DNA of 29,816 nt, taken from a virus (lineage: Duplodnaviria > Caudoviricetes). Positions 24,813 to 29,816 of this stretch are shown in pieces. Below the pieces are notes generated by a model. It had not been told where the DNA came from, ran no database searches, and was given only the letters and a program-made list of their open reading frames with translations. Where the stretch lies: IMG/VR virus record IMGVR_UViG_3300030095_005515, positions 1 through 29,816 of that record; one strand, written 5' to 3'. A program made the position numbers and the translations under genes. Numbering within the stretch: position 1 is the first letter of the stretch; every line of letters begins with the position of its first letter.

Positions 24813-25997
24813 TTATATATTATCTAAATCGCCAAATACATGCTCTATTTGATTTGAAGTCAAAGCCCCATCGTAAATAGCAAAATTCTTTAATGAGCCA
24901 ACAAATCCTTTTTGAGCACTAGTTAGACTAATTACTCTTCTAGCTCCTAAAATTAAATCCATATTACTTATAGCGGTATCTCTTGACCCTGACACCTCTA
25001 TTTCAGAAGATTCAGTTTTAATAATAGTTTTAGTATTTGATTGGTCATTAACTATAGCTATGTTTTTAACAGATTTTGCAGAACCGTAAGGAAATAAATT
25101 TAATCCACTTGATACGTTAGTTACTATTGATTCACCTGATTTTTTTCTAACAATGTTAACCTCACCTATATTACCACCTGCGTTTACAATTGAAACAGCG
25201 TAAAACTCTGAATTTAAAGTTCCATCATCAAAAGAAAATAAAGTAGGTTGTTCATTTAATGACTCATTGCTTATATATAAAGACATTATTATTGTAAAAT
25301 TAAATCCTGAAGTAGATACATTATTAACTTTTAAGCACTCTTCATTTGTTGTGTCATTTGGATTTGAAAAGTTAATTAAGTTGTTACTAAAAGTGGGAAC
25401 ATTATTTATATTAAAACTTTTTAAATTTGCAAAATTTGAAGGATTTTGAATAGGAGACCAATCTATAGATGAAGATGTTGCCGTGACATATTCACTTTCA
25501 AAAGTAGTATAAAACGCCCTTAAACCCTCAGTAAGCGAAAGTTTTATTTCTGAAGGAGGGTATCCTATTTTAGAAGGAGTTAAAAGTTTAAACCTAAACC
25601 TAACGCCTGTGGCTAAATCATTACCTAATTTAGAAACCCTTTCAATTTCTAGAGAATCTTCTTCAACTATATATATACCGCCTCTTTGAATTATAACTTC
25701 ATCTGAAAGCTTAGAAAATAAATCTACGCATTCATCATATATTTTTAAAGACTCATAATCAGAATTTGCTTTTGAATCTAATTTTAATATAAGAAGAACC
25801 ATTTCATATTCTTCATAAGCTCTGTTAATATCTGAAATTGATGAGTTAGGTATAGAAGATATACAAACAGGGTAGCTTATATTTTTAAGTTTATTAACCT
25901 CACTTTCATTTAACATATAAAACTCATTTAAACCGCTAACATTAGATATTGCGGTATTAAAATCGTTGTGCAAGTCTTGTATTCCTTTGTAACTCAT
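24813..25997 (-). CDS. putative tail terminator-like protein fused to a LamG/concanavalin A-like domain
   Basis: N-terminal ~140 aa (ISYPV, GVRFRFKL) is terminator-like; C-terminal LILGAR…FVGSLKNFAIYDGALTSNQIEHV matches the end of a LamG domain. Confidence 0.62.
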   Translation of the reverse strand: MSYKGIQDLHNDFNTAISNVSGLNEFYMLNESEVNKLKNISYPVCISSIPNSSISDINRAYEEYEMVLLILKLDSKANSDYESLKIYDECVDLFSKLSDEVIIQRGGIYIVEEDSLEIERVSKLGNDLATGVRFRFKLLTPSKIGYPPSEIKLSLTEGLRAFYTTFESEYVTATSSSIDWSPIQNPSNFANLKSFNINNVPTFSNNLINFSNPNDTTNEECLKVNNVSTSGFNFTIIMSLYISNESLNEQPTLFSFDDGTLNSEFYAVSIVNAGGNIGEVNIVRKKSGESIVTNVSSGLNLFPYGSAKSVKNIAIVNDQSNTKTIIKTESSEIEVSGSRDTAISNMDLILGARRVISLTSAQKGFVGSLKNFAIYDGALTSNQIEHVFGDLDNI

Positions 25998-26281
25998 TTT
26001 TTATATTGTTTATTTATTTCCTCTGTTATTTGATTTTCATAATTAGCTTTTGACGCCAAAAAAGAAAGATATTGAAAAACTTCTCCTGTATTAGTATGTA
26101 AAACACTATTAATCGGAGTCTTGTCGTTTGAATTAAATACTCCACACTCTGCCAATTCATATAACGTTTTAATCCAACCAAATTGCTCAAAGTTCTTTTG
26201 ATAAATGGCTTTTTCATTTCCTTTTGCCCTTCCAAGTACTTTAGGTATGCTAGACTGTAAATTTTCAGCTTCTTTGACAAA
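25994..26281 (-). CDS. -1 frameshift extension of the tail assembly chaperone (gpT-like part)
   Basis: The -1 frame stays open after the T9 run; FGWIKTLYELA…INSVL…VFQYLSF; its stop overlaps the next ATG (ATGA). Confidence 0.72.
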   Translation of the reverse strand, partial: FVKEAENLQSSIPKVLGRAKGNEKAIYQKNFEQFGWIKTLYELAECGVFNSNDKTPINSVLHTNTGEVFQYLSFLASKANYENQITEEINKQYKK

Positions 26282-26820
26282 AAAAAAGAGAAATCTAAAG
26301 CTGTAGTAGCTGGTATTTGTTTGAACTCTTGAGCCAACTTGTCTCTCTCCTTCCCATCCCATTCTTTACCGTAGTCCACTGTGTGAGCTAATTGATGAGC
26401 TAAATAAATTAAAGAGTTTTTATCACTATGACTTGATATAAATTCAGATTGAACAGCCTCTAAATATTGTCCATATTTAGTGTTTAACCTCAATGTTTTA
26501 GGTAAATCATATATTCTTCCTTTAAACTCAAAATAAGATATTTCTTTCGGCTTTCTTTCTTCATTTAAAAATGAAAGCTGCTCATTATACTCATATATAA
26601 AAGCTGTAGGCATTTCTAGCAACTCTTCTTTAGGCACTCCTGAAAATATACTACAAACCTTTAACTTAAACTCCAACTCTTTAGCTAAATATTCATCATC
26701 ATTTTTACTTTCATTTTTATCTACAAAGTCTTTTAATTCACAACAAGCTTTGTGATAATTAGAAAGCTGTTCTAAAGTTGTAGCCTCTAAACTTCTTGGT
26801 ATTTTCATCTCTTTTTTCAT
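26026..26820 (-). CDS. tail assembly chaperone (gpG-like)
   Basis: IPRSL..TTLEQ, F.FKG..Y, YGQYLE, DFSFFL at a slippery T9 run. Confidence 0.7.
   Translation of the reverse strand: MKKEMKIPRSLEATTLEQLSNYHKACCELKDFVDKNESKNDDEYLAKELEFKLKVCSIFSGVPKEELLEMPTAFIYEYNEQLSFLNEERKPKEISYFEFKGRIYDLPKTLRLNTKYGQYLEAVQSEFISSHSDKNSLIYLAHQLAHTVDYGKEWDGKERDKLAQEFKQIPATTALDFSFFLSKKLKIYSLAYLKYLEGQKEMKKPFIKRTLSNLVGLKRYMNWQSVEYLIQTTRLRLIVFYILIQEKFFNIFLFWRQKLIMKIK
26279..26287 (-). promoter_or_regulatory. programmed -1 frameshift slippery site
   Basis: TCT TTT TTT TTG on the - strand contains the in-frame heptamer T TTT TTT. Confidence 0.72.
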
Positions 26821-26824
26821 CCGT

Positions 26825-28288
26825 TTATCTAAATGCTGATATTCGCTTTCCTTTTCCGTACATATCTAAAGCCATTTGCAAACAGTCTACCATATCGTCA
26901 TGTTTTGCGTTAGGAAATTGAGAGCATTGTGATAAAAAATTATCATTCCACATACCCTCTAGTATGTTTACTCTTCTAGCTTCAATAACGCTAACAACGT
27001 CAGTAACTCTTGCTACCTTATCTTTTGCAGGCGGCTTAGCCTCTATTACGTTTAGTTTAGTATTTCTTCTTAATGTTTGAACTATAGACTTACCACTAGC
27101 TTTTGGCTCTACATATATTCTAGACCTTCTATCGTAACCGTTTCTAAAACAAAAATCCGATATATATTTTATTAGCTCAGGAAATTCTAAATATTTTTCC
27201 TCAACACATTTTATGTAAAATTCACCTTCATATTCTGAATAACATAATAAAGCTGAAGGGTCGTTATTTTCTTTTGATGTGTAGGCGGGGTCTATAACAA
27301 AATTCCAAGTCATAAAAGCTTCTTCGTCAAAATTGCGCTCCACATTAAACCACTCCTTTTTTATTATACCACCATCAGCAGGTGCAGGTTGCTGTTGTAG
27401 TTGGCCTGCATATTCATAACTACCTAACTGATATTTATAGTCTTGTAGTATTTTTCTAGAAAATCTTGTATCCCAAAACAATTCGTTTTTATAGAATTTA
27501 AGGAGTCCTTTAGGACTCAAAATATTTGAGTTTTCTGCAGGAATACATATGTGTTTATAAGAGTCAGGATTATTTCTTAATAAAAACCCGCTCAAGTCAT
27601 CTTCGTGCAATCTTTGCATAATTATGATTCTAACGCCCGTTCTAGGGTTATCTAAACGAGAATATAACGTAGTGTTATACCAATCATTAGCGTGAGTTCT
27701 TTCAGCTTGTGACGCAGCTTGTTTTGGGCTTATAGGGTCGTCAACTATTATTATAGATGCACCCGCACCTGTAACTGTACCTCCTACAGATGTGGCTCTT
27801 CGATTACCTGTGTGGTTGTTTACATAGTGATGTTTAGTGTTTTGGTCGGGCTTTATAGCAAATAAGTCACCCCAATTCTCTTGAAACCACTCACTTTGTA
27901 TAACATCCCTTGACTTTGCACTATGCTCAACACTTAATGAAGCAGAATATGATGCTGTTATGAATCGCATCTTAGGGTCTTTAATCCAACACCAAACGGG
28001 AAACAAAATAGTACACATTAGTGATTTTGAAGCCCTAAAAGGTACGTTTATGATTAAATCTTCTGTTTTAGGTTTGTCATCTATAATTCTTTCAGCTTCT
28101 TTTTGTAAAAGTTGGCAAATATACTTGTGATGCCAATTTACGTCTAACTCTACTGCAGGCTCAACAACTTTAAATGCTTCTTTAAAAAATTCAAAGTAAG
28201 ACATCTCGCAAAGCTTTCTTTTTAAAGCCTTTTTCATTGAGTCACTTAATTGCTCTTGCTGAATAGTATCTTTAGATTTTCTACCCAT
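26825..28288 (-). CDS. terL: terminase large subunit
   Basis: NWHH..IC, LIINVPFRASKS (Walker A variant), VTG.GA..IIVDDP (Walker B), IIIMQRLHEDDL, GQLQQ.P, DPAY, IYVE.KASG, FPNAKHDDMVD. Confidence 0.96.
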   Translation of the reverse strand: MGRKSKDTIQQEQLSDSMKKALKRKLCEMSYFEFFKEAFKVVEPAVELDVNWHHKYICQLLQKEAERIIDDKPKTEDLIINVPFRASKSLMCTILFPVWCWIKDPKMRFITASYSASLSVEHSAKSRDVIQSEWFQENWGDLFAIKPDQNTKHHYVNNHTGNRRATSVGGTVTGAGASIIIVDDPISPKQAASQAERTHANDWYNTTLYSRLDNPRTGVRIIIMQRLHEDDLSGFLLRNNPDSYKHICIPAENSNILSPKGLLKFYKNELFWDTRFSRKILQDYKYQLGSYEYAGQLQQQPAPADGGIIKKEWFNVERNFDEEAFMTWNFVIDPAYTSKENNDPSALLCYSEYEGEFYIKCVEEKYLEFPELIKYISDFCFRNGYDRRSRIYVEPKASGKSIVQTLRRNTKLNVIEAKPPAKDKVARVTDVVSVIEARRVNILEGMWNDNFLSQCSQFPNAKHDDMVDCLQMALDMYGKGKRISAFR

Positions 28289-28545
28289 TATGCTTCTACA
28301 ACAAATCTAGTGTTACTAGAGACATGTGTTATTGTTAATTTAGCGGGAACTCTACCTGAAGCTGCTGTATACCCGAAGGTAAATCCTTCAACTAAGTTAG
28401 CTAAATCAGATAAATCATTAACGTCATCTCTTAAATCCTCAATTACATCATCTATTTCAAACTCCCTACTACTAGAAGAAGGTCTAGTACCTATAACTCT
28501 GCTAAACTTAGCGTCACTTGTTTTTTCTCTTCGTGATACTGCCAT
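28288..28545 (-). CDS. hypothetical protein with a short coiled coil
   Basis: 85 aa between TerS and TerL; stop overlaps the TerL start. Confidence 0.7.
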   Translation of the reverse strand: MAVSRREKTSDAKFSRVIGTRPSSSSREFEIDDVIEDLRDDVNDLSDLANLVEGFTFGYTAASGRVPAKLTITHVSSNTRFVVEA

Positions 28546-28547
28546 AA

Positions 28548-28919
28548 TTATAAATCTTCAAAGTCTACATCCTCAACACTTCCCTCAGATTCTCCTAACA
28601 TTTTTTTTAGGTCTGTAGCTGTAGTGTCTTGGCTTAAATTAATTTCTATTTTGTGTGTTTTTTCATCATTTATCTGTGCCGCTAATAATTTTGGAGTAAC
28701 GTAAGGTAGTAGCTTAACGATACAATCTATGTATTCTTTAGCACTTTTTTCTCTAACTTCAGCTAAGGCACTTTTTATTTCTAAGGTGCTACCTTTTAAA
28801 GCAAAAGCTAATGTTTCTCTAGTAACTTTTGTTATTTTATTACCTTCTCCCTTTTTTCTCCCTGAAGGATTCCCGCTTTGACCTTTATTCCACTTAGTAT
28901 TTTTTTTTGGTTGAGCCAT
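28548..28919 (-). CDS. terS: putative terminase small subunit (DUF5681-like N-terminus)
   Basis: KWNKGQSGNPSGRKKG..NK motif and KLLPYVTPKL; upstream of TerL. Confidence 0.7.
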   Translation of the reverse strand: MAQPKKNTKWNKGQSGNPSGRKKGEGNKITKVTRETLAFALKGSTLEIKSALAEVREKSAKEYIDCIVKLLPYVTPKLLAAQINDEKTHKIEINLSQDTTATDLKKMLGESEGSVEDVDFEDL

Positions 28920-28924
28920 AAGCC

Positions 28925-29122
28925 TTAGTCTTTTTTGTTACCTTCTTTATTGTTTTCTTTTTTGGCATTTTTTTTAGGTTTAGGCGCTTCTTCTTCTTTT
29001 TTTACTTGAGGAGTTTCTGAGTAACCTCTTTTTTTGTAACACTCGTAAATTTCTTCATTCGGAGCAAATCTAATCTCACCGAGCGAGCTATACATGTTAC
29101 AAGGTTTAAATTCTTTTTTCAT
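28925..29122 (-). CDS. hypothetical protein with a Lys-rich tail
   Basis: 65-aa ORF packed in the operon. Confidence 0.65.
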   Translation of the reverse strand: MKKEFKPCNMYSSLGEIRFAPNEEIYECYKKRGYSETPQVKKEEEAPKPKKNAKKENNKEGNKKD

Positions 29123-29131
29123 AATATTTTT

Positions 29132-29431
29132 TTATTTTTTATTTTTTCTTGAACCTGCTTTACCTTTGTTTCTTGCTCTATTTGTAGAGGCCTTTTCTTT
29201 AACTAATTTTCCTTTTTTAGTGTGTGACATATCCATTCCGTCACCATTTCCGTAAGTGCCAGCTTTTCTGTTTGCTTTATTTAGTTCTGAACGATACTTT
29301 TTAGCTTTTTTAGTGCTGTTGTATTTTTTTTGATACTCAGCCTTTTTCTCTCTAGCCTTAGGGTTAGACGCATAGTACTTTGCGCTTTTACTTTTACCTG
29401 TACTTTTACCTGCCAATGAGTTTCTAGCCAT
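29132..29431 (-). CDS. basic protein with a minimal HNH-like motif
   Basis: Start reassigned to ATG 29431 because the promoter lies at 29449-29456; GDGMDMSH…LV.E..S.NRARN. Confidence 0.65.
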   Translation of the reverse strand: MARNSLAGKSTGKSKSAKYYASNPKAREKKAEYQKKYNSTKKAKKYRSELNKANRKAGTYGNGDGMDMSHTKKGKLVKEKASTNRARNKGKAGSRKNKK

Positions 29432-29448
29432 AATATTTTGTTTATTTG

Positions 29449-29460
29449 CAAATGTAGTAA
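29449..29460 (-). promoter_or_regulatory. promoter -7 element at the head of the packaging/tail operon
   Basis: TTACTACATTTG(CA) on the - strand, ending 17 nt before ATG 29431. Confidence 0.65.
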
Positions 29461-29477
29461 AAAAATTCATTAAAGCC

Positions 29478-29508
29478 TTGACTTTCTCCCTAAAAAATTA
29501 TAACTTCG
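29478..29508 (+). promoter_or_regulatory. divergent Bacteroidota-like promoter
   Basis: TTG (29478-29480), 20 nt, TAACTTCG (one mismatch to TAnnTTTG). Confidence 0.45.
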
Positions 29509-29816
29509 CCTGCAGTTATTTGCGTAGTGCAAACGAAGCTTATCCAAAAACAAGGGCGCACTGTATTCTTTTTTTAAATCACCTCTGACAATACCCCCCT
29601 ATCATTTTTAAGTATACCCCTTAACCTCAACACTATTGGGTGTTTCATAATTTATGTGTGGTGTATAAAAACAATATCCCAAAATTTGACGGTTTCGGTT
29701 CTATACAAAATATATTTTACAAATGCAAGTTTTTTGCCGTGTATTTTTGAAAGTGTTGAGAGTGGGAGGATTTGAAATAGTATGCACGCATAATAAGAAA
29801 TGTGTTGTTTTCTCAA

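Noticed and set aside
26282-26362. Independent ATG start at 26362 for the 122-aa ORF
   Set aside because: Better explained as the -1 frame entered at the T9 slip site; the protein-like part begins after it.
8754-28618. + strand ORFs at 8754, 16758, 17190, 19272, 19950, 20676, 23581, 25267 and 28250
   Set aside because: All lie opposite long structural genes and are Ser/Leu/Phe-rich reverse-frame artefacts without good start context.
29540-29548. TTATCCAAA, a DnaA-box-like 9-mer
   Set aside because: A single relaxed match in AT-rich DNA; no cluster seen.
29574-29648. 24-codon - strand ORF (MKHPIVLRLRG…)
   Set aside because: Too short, no recognisable motif, and upstream of the inferred late promoter.
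1-29816. CRISPR array, tRNA/rRNA, integrase, transposase, reverse transcriptase/DGR, stop-codon reassignment
   Set aside because: None seen by eye; genes are full length and tightly packed under the standard code.

Overview
An AT-rich, densely coding segment of a tailed dsDNA phage (Caudoviricetes, siphovirus-type). The host is most likely a Bacteroidota/Flavobacteriia bacterium, judged from TAnnTTTG promoters, A-rich starts without a Shine-Dalgarno site, a DUF3127-type SSB and a DUF5675-type lysin. The + strand (1-5916) carries a replication/recombination module: 5'-3' exonuclease, SSB, stand-alone DnaA domain-IV protein, replication initiator, SF4 helicase, MazG-like protein, T7 endonuclease I-like resolvase and a metallophosphoesterase. 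The - strand (29431-5906) carries the morphogenesis and lysis genes in a non-canonical order: HNH-like, TerS, TerL, frameshifted tail chaperone, tail completion/tip genes, tape measure, ClpP-type prohead protease, major capsid, two paralogous tail-tube-like genes, portal, adaptor, small basic proteins and the lysis cassette. The most notable observation is an unannotated ~70-nt unit at 5103-5177 with its own promoter and terminator, whose 5' half is complementary to the start-codon region of the replication initiator gene 2.8 kb upstream. It is a candidate trans-acting antisense sRNA controlling phage replication. All product calls come from motif recognition by eye; no database search was run.
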